Source: a virus. Taken from it: a stretch of 58,911 bases of DNA. Made by a program: the position numbers and the translations under genes. Below the pieces are notes generated by a model. That model saw only the letters and a list, made by a program, of their open reading frames with translations, was not told the origin of the DNA and searched no databases. Where the stretch lies: IMG/VR virus record IMGVR_UViG_3300026316_000001, positions 1-58,911 of that record. One strand, written 5' to 3'. Positions 16,909 to 25,444 of this stretch are shown here, piece after piece; within the stretch, counting starts at the first letter, position 1; the number at the start of each line of letters is the position of its first letter.

Positions 16909-19391
16909 ATGCTCCTGACGCCGCTGCTCATGCGATCAGACTGCTTGTCCAGGTGCAGCTCCACCCGCTGGTCGAGCACCCGCAGGATCTCGCCGGTACC
17001 GAGGATCGCGGTCACGTACACGTTGGTGGTCCCGACGGCGCCTTGGGCCATGCGCGCGGACAGCCCGGACTGGTCGAGGAGCTGCTGAGCGCGGGCCATG
17101 TCGTCGGTGGGCAGTACGACCTCCGGGTGCCCCTTCTCGGCCAGCAGCGCCAGCGTGGGCTGATCCACGATGCCACCGGTACCGAGGCGAGGGATGTGCG
17201 GCAGGCTGATATGCGTGAAGTGAGACGCTTCGTCAATGCCGTGGTTGAACGAGTCGATCACACCGTTGATGCCCGACTTCAGGCCACCAAGGATGACGTG
17301 TCCCACATTGTCAAAGAAGCCCATCAGCCGGCCCGGCAGCTTGCGGGCGAAGTCCACGACCGCGTCAGCTCCCTGCTGGACCGCCCGCTTGGCCCAGTTC
17401 CAGGCATCCTCGAAGGCCCGACCGATCAGGCCGGGGATCGAGGTGATGGCGTTCCAGATCCGTCCCGGCAACGACACGAAGAAGATCAACAGGTTATCGA
17501 TACCCGTCGATACCGTGGTGGACAGCCAGGTCCACGCGGCGGTGAACACCCCCACCAGGGTGTTACCCAGCGACTGGAGCGCGTTCCAGATCTGTCCAGG
17601 TAGAGCGAAGAACTCACCGATGAGCAGGCCGATAGCGAAGCCCAGCGCCTCAGCGGCGAAGTTCACCGCGTCCGTGAACGCCTGCGCGAGCGCGCCCGGC
17701 AGCGCGGCCAGCCAGTCGCCGATCCGTCCAGGTAGAGCGGCGAACCAGTCGCCGATCCCACCGAAGAAGCCGCCGATCGCCGAGCCGATGCCCTTCAGCC
17801 AGTCCCACGTGGCCCTGCCGGCGGACAGGATGGCGTGCCAGGCCGTCTCGCCCCAGTGCGCGACGGTCTTCCAGTTCATCACCAGCAGGACGATGCCGGC
17901 GATCAGCGCTTCGATGGCCAGGGTGATCAGGCCGATCGGGTTGGCGTCGGCCGCCGCGTCGAAGCCGAGCATGGCCACCGTGGCGCCCTCGACCGCCGGT
18001 ACCAGCAGGTTGAACAGGTTGACCAGGCCGGAGAACGCCAGCAGGCCGGCGGCGATCGGAGCGAACACGTCAGCGTGCTGGGCCACGAAGTTCAGCAGCG
18101 GAACCAGGTTCTCCGCCAGGGACACGATCTGTGGGGTCAGCGCGACCACGGCATCCAGGATCTGGCCGGAGAACGCCTGAGCCAGGTTCACCAGCGCGGG
18201 CAGCAGCGGAACGAGCACCTGGATCAGCAGCTCGCCCAGCGCGGTGAACAGCATGGAGATCGTGGCCAGGAGCTGCTGGCCCTCCGCGCTCTTGAACACG
18301 GTCGCCAGCACGCCCGCCACGTCGGACAGGACGCCGACCAATGCGCCGCCCCCGGTATTCAGGCCGGACATGAGCGTGCCGACCAGGTCCAGTAGGTTGC
18401 CGAGCAGCCCGGCCAGATTCGCCAGGGCCGCCTGGCCGGCATCGAACAGGCGGATCAGCGCGCCGCTGTTCTGCGCCTTGGAGATCCACTGATTGAACAT
18501 GTCCAGCACGTGCGCCAGGCCTACGCCCAGCATGGTGACCAGCGGCGTGCTGGCCTGGAGCAGCGTGAGGAACGAGCGGGTCAAACCGCCCAGAGCAGGT
18601 GCGAGGGCGGCGAAGATCGCCCGCAAGCCGCCGAAGAACCCGCTCAGCGCGTCCCGGGCCTGCCCGGTGGACAGCGCCCCCATGATCTGCTTCGCCACCT
18701 GGCCCAGCGAGCCGGCCAGGCCGGTAAGCCCGGCGTGGAGGGCTGGTAGCAGCGCGGTGGTCAACCGGGTGAGGGAGCCCTCGAACTGGACGAAGAACGC
18801 CTGCTGCACGTCACGCTGGAGCCCCTGGAGCGTGGGTCTGAGCTTGGCGATCTCCTGCACGAACGAGCGCGCGGAGGGCGCCAGGTTCTTCAGTGCTTCG
18901 TTGAGCTTGCCCGCGTCGCCGGAGAATGCCGCGCCGATCGCGGTTCCCACGCCATGGAAGGCCAGCTTCAGGGTGGCGGCCAGGCCGATCAGGCCGGTGA
19001 CCAGCGCCGGCCCGGTGGCCGCCAGCGCGTACACCGCCGGCAGCAGGTTGGAGATCGCGGTGCCGGCCGCCAGGATCAGACTCGTCCACATGGAGGCACG
19101 GTTGAACAGCGCTCGCCCGAGGAAGGCACTGAAGCCGTCCGCAAACTGAGTGGCCGCATGAAGCGCGGCCTGTCTCATTCGGCTCTTGGAGCCCTTGTCG
19201 ATGCCGGCGGCCAGCTTCTCGCCGGCCCGGACACCCGCCTTCTCGGCGACCTCCTCGGTCTCCTTGAAGCTCAGGCCCGAGGTGCCCTCACGCAGAGCTG
19301 CTTCCAGCTTGGTGCGCAGCTCGGCCGGAAACTTGGACAGGTCGGCGCGCACCTCGATGAATGCCCGCCCGAGCTGCGCCATGGGCCACAT
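16905..19391 (-). CDS. Tape measure protein (828 aa; start may be ATG 19382)
   Basis: MAQLGRAFIEVRADLSKFP, long Ala/Gly/Leu-rich hydrophobic core, follows two chaperone-position genes. Confidence 0.85.
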   Translation of the reverse strand: MWPMAQLGRAFIEVRADLSKFPAELRTKLEAALREGTSGLSFKETEEVAEKAGVRAGEKLAAGIDKGSKSRMRQAALHAATQFADGFSAFLGRALFNRASMWTSLILAAGTAISNLLPAVYALAATGPALVTGLIGLAATLKLAFHGVGTAIGAAFSGDAGKLNEALKNLAPSARSFVQEIAKLRPTLQGLQRDVQQAFFVQFEGSLTRLTTALLPALHAGLTGLAGSLGQVAKQIMGALSTGQARDALSGFFGGLRAIFAALAPALGGLTRSFLTLLQASTPLVTMLGVGLAHVLDMFNQWISKAQNSGALIRLFDAGQAALANLAGLLGNLLDLVGTLMSGLNTGGGALVGVLSDVAGVLATVFKSAEGQQLLATISMLFTALGELLIQVLVPLLPALVNLAQAFSGQILDAVVALTPQIVSLAENLVPLLNFVAQHADVFAPIAAGLLAFSGLVNLFNLLVPAVEGATVAMLGFDAAADANPIGLITLAIEALIAGIVLLVMNWKTVAHWGETAWHAILSAGRATWDWLKGIGSAIGGFFGGIGDWFAALPGRIGDWLAALPGALAQAFTDAVNFAAEALGFAIGLLIGEFFALPGQIWNALQSLGNTLVGVFTAAWTWLSTTVSTGIDNLLIFFVSLPGRIWNAITSIPGLIGRAFEDAWNWAKRAVQQGADAVVDFARKLPGRLMGFFDNVGHVILGGLKSGINGVIDSFNHGIDEASHFTHISLPHIPRLGTGGIVDQPTLALLAEKGHPEVVLPTDDMARAQQLLDQSGLSARMAQGAVGTTNVYVTAILGTGEILRVLDQRVELHLDKQSDRMSSGVRSM

Positions 19392-19418
19392 CGTACGGGT
19401 ACGCAGGCACGTTGTGGA

Positions 19419-19958
19419 TCAGCCTCGGGATCCGGTATCCCCCAACGCGGCCATGAAGTCGGCCTCGGCTTCCTCGTCGTCGTAGACCTCTGCCTCGCCT
19501 ACTCCAGGTGGAGGAGTCTTCAGCTCCAGGTCGAGCTTCGCGCGCTGCTCCTCGGTGGTGTTCTCCACGGCGAAGGAGTACGCCGCGTCGAGGAACGCCG
19601 CCAGCGGCCGGACCTCGAAGTCGAAGCCCGAACGCACCAGCGCGCCGAAGACGACGGCCTTGATCCGGGGGTCGCTGGCGCTCTGGATGAGGCGCTGTGC
19701 CTCCCACCACGGACGGCCCGCCGCCGCCGCCAGCGCCTCATGAGCGGCCCGCGCGATGTCGTCCTGCCCCTGCTCGCCCGAGAAGACCTGATCCCATACG
19801 TCCCGCTCTAGCGCGAGGTCGCCCAGCAGCCCGGGGAAGATGTCGGCGAGGTCGCCCGACAGCACCACCTCGATCCAGTCGGCCGCCGGTCGGGGCTCGA
19901 TGCGGTACAGCCAGCCGCCGAACTGCACGTCAACCGGCCGTAGCCGGAAGGTGGTCAC
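19419..19958 (-). CDS. Tail assembly chaperone-position protein (T-like, 179 aa)
   Basis: GTGA-coupled, in the -1 frame relative to the upstream gene, immediately before the tape measure; acidic C-terminus. Confidence 0.55.
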   Translation of the reverse strand: MTTFRLRPVDVQFGGWLYRIEPRPAADWIEVVLSGDLADIFPGLLGDLALERDVWDQVFSGEQGQDDIARAAHEALAAAAGRPWWEAQRLIQSASDPRIKAVVFGALVRSGFDFEVRPLAAFLDAAYSFAVENTTEEQRAKLDLELKTPPPGVGEAEVYDDEEAEADFMAALGDTGSRG

Positions 19959-20311
19959 CGCCTCGGACGGGTGGACGCCTTCGGCGCGGCACGCTTGCGC
20001 GGAGTCTCGCCGGCCGACTTCTCGTCCTTCCAGTGTTCAAGCACGTCGAGCAGCAGCTTCAGGTAGCCGTCCGGCTCGATCGTCTCGTCCACCAGGCCGT
20101 CGTAGGCGTACTTCAGGTCGTCCTCTTGAACGATCAGGTGCTCCAGGATGTCGCCGAACCGCGTCACGGCCTCGCCGAACCTGCCCGTCTCGATCATCCT
20201 GGGCAGCCGGGTCAGCACCAGCATCTGGCCCTCGGTCGGCTTGCGCAGTACCACCTGTCGCTCGCCCAGCGGCAGGAGCACCGTATCGCGCTGTCCATCC
20301 TGAGTGGTCAT
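19955..20311 (-). CDS. Tail assembly chaperone-position protein (G-like, 118 aa)
   Basis: Position upstream of the T-like ORF and the tape measure. Confidence 0.55.
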   Translation of the reverse strand: MTTQDGQRDTVLLPLGERQVVLRKPTEGQMLVLTRLPRMIETGRFGEAVTRFGDILEHLIVQEDDLKYAYDGLVDETIEPDGYLKLLLDVLEHWKDEKSAGETPRKRAAPKASTRPRR

Positions 20312-20321
20312 GTGGCGCAGC

Positions 20322-20786
20322 TTAGTCCAGCGCCAGACCGAAACCCACCTTGCCGCTGGCGGCGCTGTACCCGGTCACCTGGAAGTCGCGCGCCCGGCCG
20401 ATCCGGCGCATCGGCTCGCGCAGGAACGGCTGGCCCTTGGTGCCCGGGTGCCGGACCACCTTGCGGAAGTGCACCACGCCGGGCGGCACCTCGAAGCGCA
20501 GGAACTGGGCGCGTCGGGCGCGGATCAGGTGTGGGCTAGTCGCGTCGTGCACGAAGTGGCTGTACTTCGCCTTGGAGTAGACCTGCCCGATCACCAGCTT
20601 GCGGCTCACGCGCATCTTCATGCCGATCAGGGCGCGCAGGTTGCCGGTACGCACGGGCGCCTCGATGCGAGCGGCGTTCATGATCAGGCGCGTCGTTTCG
20701 GCCACGTACGGCGAGCCGTAGCCGGCGGCGATCGACAGCAGCACGACGCGTGGCTTCAGCTCAACCCGAATCTTGGTCGTCGCCAT
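20322..20786 (-). CDS. HK97 gp10-like head-tail joining protein (154 aa)
   Basis: NAARIEAPVRTGNLRALI...YSHFVHDATSPHLI...VRHPGTKGQPFL matches the gp10-family pattern. Confidence 0.65.
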   Translation of the reverse strand: MATTKIRVELKPRVVLLSIAAGYGSPYVAETTRLIMNAARIEAPVRTGNLRALIGMKMRVSRKLVIGQVYSKAKYSHFVHDATSPHLIRARRAQFLRFEVPPGVVHFRKVVRHPGTKGQPFLREPMRRIGRARDFQVTGYSAASGKVGFGLALD

Positions 20787-21000
20787 CCGCACCCTCCTCC
20801 CGCAGGTAGCCCATCTGAACGAGCGCGAGCGTGCGGCCATCGGCCCTCAACCGGTACAGCTCGCCGGCCGCGAAGTCATCGAAGTTGACCATCGCCCGGT
20901 ACGCGCCCGGCCCGACGGTCGGCTCCTCGGGCTCCGACAGCGGGACCTCGACGGCCACGGGGCGGATGCTCTTGCGCGGCCGGCGTTCACCTGGAGGCAT
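20761..21000 (-). CDS. Hypothetical head-tail region protein (79 aa)
   Basis: ATG 21000 five nt after the upstream TGA; MPPGERRPRKSIRPVAVEVPLSEPEEP. Confidence 0.5.
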   Translation of the reverse strand: MPPGERRPRKSIRPVAVEVPLSEPEEPTVGPGAYRAMVNFDDFAAGELYRLRADGRTLALVQMGYLREEGADGDDQDSG

Positions 21001-21005
21001 CGTTC

Positions 21006-21545
21006 TCACCCTGCCTGTCCGGCGTCGCAGGCCTCCACCTGGACGTTCAACTTCATCGCGCCGCCCATGCATCCCCCCTCGGCCGCGACCGGATCCCAGC
21101 GACCGGCCTGGTAGTCGATGATCCGCGCGTCCGGGTTCAGCTTCAGGTTCGGCCCCACCCGACGCAGGGCCGCCGCATCGTCGGTGATCACCGTCACGTC
21201 GGCAAGGTAGTCGGCATCGACCGGCGCCATGTCCGCTCCGGGTGAAGTCCTGGAGCAGCGCACCACGCCGATCTCGACCTCCACCGCCCAGCTCACTTCG
21301 CCCTCGGGCAGCCACTGCGACTGCTCCACGGGGAAGTCGTCGGTTGGGTAGATGCCGGTCAGGCGGACCCAGGCCACACCCTCACAGCACTCGTCCACCT
21401 CGGCGGTGAGCGCCACGACAGCGGCCAGGCCGGGCACGTGACGGAAGTGCGTGGGCGCCCCGGCCGGAACCTTGGCCAGCTCCACGCGGAGCGCTGCCAG
21501 GATGTCGATGCACGCCGGCAGGACGGTCGGATCGGCGACGCTCAC
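21006..21545 (-). CDS. Head-tail connector-region protein (179 aa)
   Basis: GTGA overlap; CCEGVAWVRLTGIYPTDDFP is a pattern common in actinophage connector proteins (from memory). Confidence 0.5.
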   Translation of the reverse strand: MSVADPTVLPACIDILAALRVELAKVPAGAPTHFRHVPGLAAVVALTAEVDECCEGVAWVRLTGIYPTDDFPVEQSQWLPEGEVSWAVEVEIGVVRCSRTSPGADMAPVDADYLADVTVITDDAAALRRVGPNLKLNPDARIIDYQAGRWDPVAAEGGCMGGAMKLNVQVEACDAGQAG

Positions 21546-22360
21546 CGGTACCTCGGGAGATCCTGGGAGACCACGCGGGGACGGGAGCGCGCCCGCGACG
21601 GATTCACGGCCAGGATGATCTGATCGACATCGCTCACCCCGGTCAGCCCTTCCTTCAGTAGGTCGCTGAAGCTGACAGTCTGTACGGACACGCCCTGACG
21701 GGTGATGGACGTGATCTTGTTGGGTAGCGCGCAGGTGCCGCCGGTTCGGGCCTTGCCCACCTGGCAGGCGTAGATCGCCACCGCGTTGTTGATCACTACG
21801 GGCACGGGTTCGCCCCGCACGTAGTCAACGCTCCAGGTGTTCGGCTGCCCGAGCGGCTTACTCAGATCCTGAGCGACCGGCCAGGGGTTCCCGTCCTGGC
21901 GCACGAGGAGGTCACCGTCCAGCCGGTAGTTGGCCGGACTGACCGCGACCCCGTCGATCGTGACCGCATTGACCGCGTTGACCGGTCCCGGCAGGGCGAT
22001 CTGCGGCGGGGTGCCGACGCACGAGTCCGCGAAGTTGACAAGCTGGGTACCGCCAGCGACCGCCATCAGGCCCCAGCCGTAGGTGCCCGCGTTACCGCCC
22101 CACGGATCGAAGACCGCCGGGAAGGTCACGTACGTCGGCAGGCCCCTGCCGTACACCGGGCGCACCGTCACCGGACACAGCCCGTACCGCCGGCCGGTCG
22201 CCGCCCAGATCACATAGATGGCGAACTGGAGCGCGTACTCCTGCACGGCCGGCTGGTAGTTGGCCCACGCGGAACACAGGTCGGTGAAGTTCGGGCTCCA
22301 GCCGACCGAGCCGGGCGCCGCCCCCGAGCAGGGACCGTCCACGTTCTGCGCCACGAGCAC
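21542..22360 (-). CDS. Head-to-tail adaptor-like protein (272 aa; start 22360 or 22354)
   Basis: QFAIYVIWAATGRRYGLCPVTVRP resembles the LW..TGR.FG.C..TVRPC adaptor motif (from memory). Confidence 0.5.
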   Translation of the reverse strand: MLVAQNVDGPCSGAAPGSVGWSPNFTDLCSAWANYQPAVQEYALQFAIYVIWAATGRRYGLCPVTVRPVYGRGLPTYVTFPAVFDPWGGNAGTYGWGLMAVAGGTQLVNFADSCVGTPPQIALPGPVNAVNAVTIDGVAVSPANYRLDGDLLVRQDGNPWPVAQDLSKPLGQPNTWSVDYVRGEPVPVVINNAVAIYACQVGKARTGGTCALPNKITSITRQGVSVQTVSFSDLLKEGLTGVSDVDQIILAVNPSRARSRPRVVSQDLPRYR

Positions 22361-22373
22361 TCCTCAGATGCGA

Positions 22374-22419
22374 ATCGGCAGGCCCGGCGCCGTCCCCAAC
22401 GACGCGCGGACCTGCCGAT
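22374..22419 (-). terminator. Strong hairpin after the 171-aa structural gene
   Basis: atcggcagg (22374-22382) pairs with cctgccgat (22411-22419). Confidence 0.45.
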
Positions 22420-22434
22420 AGCGTAACCGCCCGG

Positions 22435-22950
22435 TCAGGCGCTGGAGCCGATGATCACCACGTCGTAGGTGACCGAGGTACCGGCACCCGAGTTGGCGAT
22501 CTGCCAGATGTCGCCCGTGGCGGCCGTGACCGCGTAGGCGGTAGCGTCCGGCGCGTACAGCGCGAGGAATCCGCCCGGCCGTACCGTGAGCGTGTGCGCC
22601 GCCGCGCCCACCCAGTTAATGAAGGCGTTCGCGCCCGCGCCGCCCACGATCACGTTGTTCGTGTTGGCCGCCGCCGCCGCAACGTAGAGGAACTTCACGC
22701 GCAGAAGGCTCATCGTGGTGCCCACCGCGTCCACCAGCACGCCGTTGAGGTCCAGCGGGTCGGTACCGGAGGCGGCGATGGTCCGGGTGTCGGCGAACAG
22801 ACGGTCCGCCTGGTTGGCCCCGGTGCCCGAGGCGAGCTGAGCCGCCTTGGCCAGCGCGAGGACCGCCTGGACGCTCTGCTGGGCCTTCGGGTTGTTGATC
22901 GTGGCCTGGATGTTCAGGCTGATCAGTTGGCTATCGAGACTCTGCGCCAT
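22435..22950 (-). CDS. Structural protein of unknown role (171 aa)
   Basis: ATG after GGAAAGGA; beta-rich sequence; followed by a hairpin. Confidence 0.55.
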   Translation of the reverse strand: MAQSLDSQLISLNIQATINNPKAQQSVQAVLALAKAAQLASGTGANQADRLFADTRTIAASGTDPLDLNGVLVDAVGTTMSLLRVKFLYVAAAAANTNNVIVGGAGANAFINWVGAAAHTLTVRPGGFLALYAPDATAYAVTAATGDIWQIANSGAGTSVTYDVVIIGSSA

Positions 22951-22968
22951 CGCGGCGAATCCTTTCCG

Positions 22969-23646
22969 TTACGGCAGCAGAACCGCGCCGACTGTCGGCG
23001 CCGGGGGTGCCAGGGTGGTGACCTCGGTGTGGAAGTGGTCGAGCGCGTTGATCGCGGTCAGCAGCGGCGAGGCCACCGAGCTGGCGTTGTTGCGCACGTT
23101 GTACGGCCCGGTGCTCCATGGGGAGCTGTTGTGCGTGTGTGCGGTCAGGGTGAACGTGGCCGCCGCGTTCTCCACCACCACGTCACCGAGCTGGCCGTTG
23201 ACCAGGTAGGGCAGCAGCCAGTACCCGTAGGACTTGACGCCCGCCACGCACGCCGCGCCCGCGAGGTCGGTCCAGCCCTCCAGGGCGAACTGGTTGGTGA
23301 CCCCCTCGCGCGAGCGCCAGCCGATGACGTTGGGGGTGCCGGCGTCGTCGAGCACCAGCGGCGCCCCGGTGATCAGGTTGACCAGGGCGGGGTCCACGCT
23401 GACGAACTCCAACGTCGCCTCCCACCAGCGCAGCAGGGGCAGACCTTCCTCGTTGATCTCCAGCTCATCGTTCGCGTTGCGCACCAGGTACGAGGTGTTG
23501 CTCTCGTAGTTCGGGTGCAACGTCGCCTTCACGAAGCCCTTGTTGATCACGGTCGAGGAAGGCCCGTGCACCACCGCGCCGCACACGTCGAGCAGGGTGA
23601 CCCGCATCACCTTGCCCTTGAATCGGCGCATCTGGGTCGTGGCCAT
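22969..23646 (-). CDS. Possible major tail (tube) protein (225 aa)
   Basis: FKGKVMRVTLLDVCGAVVHGPSSTVINKGFVKATL is tail-tube-like by eye; assignment uncertain because it lies upstream of the connectors. Confidence 0.35.
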   Translation of the reverse strand: MATTQMRRFKGKVMRVTLLDVCGAVVHGPSSTVINKGFVKATLHPNYESNTSYLVRNANDELEINEEGLPLLRWWEATLEFVSVDPALVNLITGAPLVLDDAGTPNVIGWRSREGVTNQFALEGWTDLAGAACVAGVKSYGYWLLPYLVNGQLGDVVVENAAATFTLTAHTHNSSPWSTGPYNVRNNASSVASPLLTAINALDHFHTEVTTLAPPAPTVGAVLLP

Positions 23647-24026
23647 CAGGCGCTACCTCCGGACTCCCCGGCACTCGCCGCCGCCTTGCCGCGCCGCGAG
23701 CGCCGGCCGGTGGTGCCCGAGTCGGCGGTGCCCTCGTCCTGCGCGGCCTCGTCCTGCGCGCCCGCGTCTGGCGCGCTCTCGCTCTCGTCCTGTGTACCCT
23801 CGTCGTCGGCCACGTTCAGTGCGGCCATCCGCGCGCCGTGCGCCTCGGCGATGTGGTCGGGCACCCGCACCACGCCGCCGTGCGGCTTGTCCGGCCGGGG
23901 GTACCAGTTGATCGCCGGGATGTCCAGGTCGGGGCTTCCGTGTTCACCGGAGCCGGCCAGGGCCAGGATCTCCTGCATCTGCTCCTGGATGCCCCTCGTG
24001 GGGTCGAGGATGATCTCCGCTGCCAT
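23646..24026 (-). CDS. Hypothetical structural-module protein with an acidic C-terminus (126 aa)
   Basis: ATG after AAGGAAGAG; TGATG overlap with the next gene. Confidence 0.55.
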   Translation of the reverse strand: MAAEIILDPTRGIQEQMQEILALAGSGEHGSPDLDIPAINWYPRPDKPHGGVVRVPDHIAEAHGARMAALNVADDEGTQDESESAPDAGAQDEAAQDEGTADSGTTGRRSRRGKAAASAGESGGSA

Positions 24027-24035
24027 GTCTCTTCC

Positions 24036-24965
24036 TTACGCCCTGGTGACCTTGATCGTGGCCACGAAGCACTCGACACCGATCATGTAGTTGCGGAACG
24101 CGTACAGACCACGCTGGTTGGTGGTCTTGTCCAGCAGTTGGTCCGGCGGCGAGACCCAGATCTTCGGGTCACGCCAGACGATCACCCGCCCGGTCGCCCA
24201 CATGTATTCGCTGGTCGCGTCCACGGCCTGCCCGGTGGGACCGGTACCGGAGTACCCGTTGCCGAAGTTCCACAGATTCAGGTTGTTCGTATACATGTAC
24301 GTCTTTTCGGGCGTAGGCGGTAGGCCGATCACCCGGAACTGCCCGGCCGCGCCCGCGTACGCCGCGATCTGCGGCCGAGCGTGCAGGGTCGCCTGGCCGT
24401 AGTAGTTGTCGGCCGCCTTCTGTTCCAGCAGGGAGACGGCCTCCTTCACCGTGGCCGCCGTCCCCAGATCGAAGTACATGCCGGCCGGCGCCGCCGCCGC
24501 GAACTGCGCCAGAATCCCGTTCGCCACGCCCGCGATCCCCGCGCTACCAGCCGCGCCCGGGGTGGTGCCCCAGTAGTTCTGCTGATTGGTGAACAGGGTG
24601 GTCGTGCCACCCCAGAACGCCCGCTCGGCCACCTGCTGTTCGGTCTTCAGTACCCGCTGCGTGACCCGCCGGACGGCCTCCTCGTTGTCATAGCCGATCC
24701 GGCCGGTGAACAGCGAGGCGTACGCGGCGAACGGCCACGCCTGGGCCAGCGGCTCGATCGCCTGCGCGGTGAACGCCGTATACGGCGGTGTCAGGCAGGC
24801 GGTCGGGTACAGCAGGCCCAGCGCGCACGTGTCCGGCTGCCAGACCGCGCCGGAGGTCTGCGCGTGGTCCGGCAGGTCCAGCGGACCTTCGGCCACGTTG
24901 AACAGACCCGGCGGGACCGGTGGCGCGTCCGGCGGGTTGCGCAGATAGCTCGGCGGTTGGGGCAC
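24036..24965 (-). CDS. Structural protein with an HK97-capsid-like sequence pattern (309 aa)
   Basis: EEAVRRVTQRVLKTEQQVAERAFWGG...ATLHARPQIAAY...NQRGLYAFRNYMIGVECFVATIKV parallels the layout of Phage_capsid-family proteins (by eye). Confidence 0.4.
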   Translation of the reverse strand: MPQPPSYLRNPPDAPPVPPGLFNVAEGPLDLPDHAQTSGAVWQPDTCALGLLYPTACLTPPYTAFTAQAIEPLAQAWPFAAYASLFTGRIGYDNEEAVRRVTQRVLKTEQQVAERAFWGGTTTLFTNQQNYWGTTPGAAGSAGIAGVANGILAQFAAAAPAGMYFDLGTAATVKEAVSLLEQKAADNYYGQATLHARPQIAAYAGAAGQFRVIGLPPTPEKTYMYTNNLNLWNFGNGYSGTGPTGQAVDATSEYMWATGRVIVWRDPKIWVSPPDQLLDKTTNQRGLYAFRNYMIGVECFVATIKVTRA

Positions 24966-24966
24966 G

Positions 24967-25386
24967 TCAGCGCGGCTTCACGTAGATGATGTACGAGCTG
25001 GCCGGGATGATCAGCCCGGTACCGGTGGCGACCTGGTTCACGTCGAGCACGTCGCCGGCCTTGACCTCCAGGTTGGCCGGGGTGGCGTTGAGCGCGAACT
25101 GCTCGGCCACGCTCTGCACGGAGTTACCCGCCGACCAGGCCCGGGAGGCGACCGCCGTGGTGCCGGCCAGCCCGTTGGTGCCCTTGTTGCGAACCGTGAG
25201 GGTACGGAAGTTGCCGCCGTTGGCGGTGATGGCCGCCGAGGGCACGAACAGCACCCGCGTGATGGTTCCATCGAATGGCATCATCGGCGAGAAGTTGGCG
25301 TTGACGCCGTTGGTGGCCGCGTCGGTGGCCGCCGCGAAGACCGTGATCGGGAAGCCGAGTCCGGCCATTTCCTTCAGCAGGTCCAT
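24967..25386 (-). CDS. Small structural protein, possible head decoration (139 aa)
   Basis: ATG after GGAAGGGGGAAG; immediately downstream of the capsid gene and its hairpin. Confidence 0.45.
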   Translation of the reverse strand: MDLLKEMAGLGFPITVFAAATDAATNGVNANFSPMMPFDGTITRVLFVPSAAITANGGNFRTLTVRNKGTNGLAGTTAVASRAWSAGNSVQSVAEQFALNATPANLEVKAGDVLDVNQVATGTGLIIPASSYIIYVKPR

Positions 25387-25411
25387 GATCTTCCCCCTTC
25401 CGGGGAGGTTG

Positions 25412-25431
25412 GGGGCCGGTCGCCCGGCCCC
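25412..25431 (-). terminator. Tight GC hairpin directly after the capsid gene
   Basis: ggggccgg tcgc ccggcccc: 8-bp stem with a tetraloop, 14 nt 3' of the stop at 25445. Confidence 0.5.
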
Positions 25432-25444
25432 GCGCCCGTCAGGG

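Noticed and set aside
19955-20040. Programmed -1 frameshift joining the two tail-chaperone ORFs
   Set aside because: The T-like ORF is in the -1 frame, and that frame is open for the last ~80 nt of the G-like gene. I found no X_XXY_YYZ slippery heptamer in that window. The ORFs are joined by a GTGA start/stop overlap, so independent coupled initiation is sufficient. Not excluded, only unsupported.
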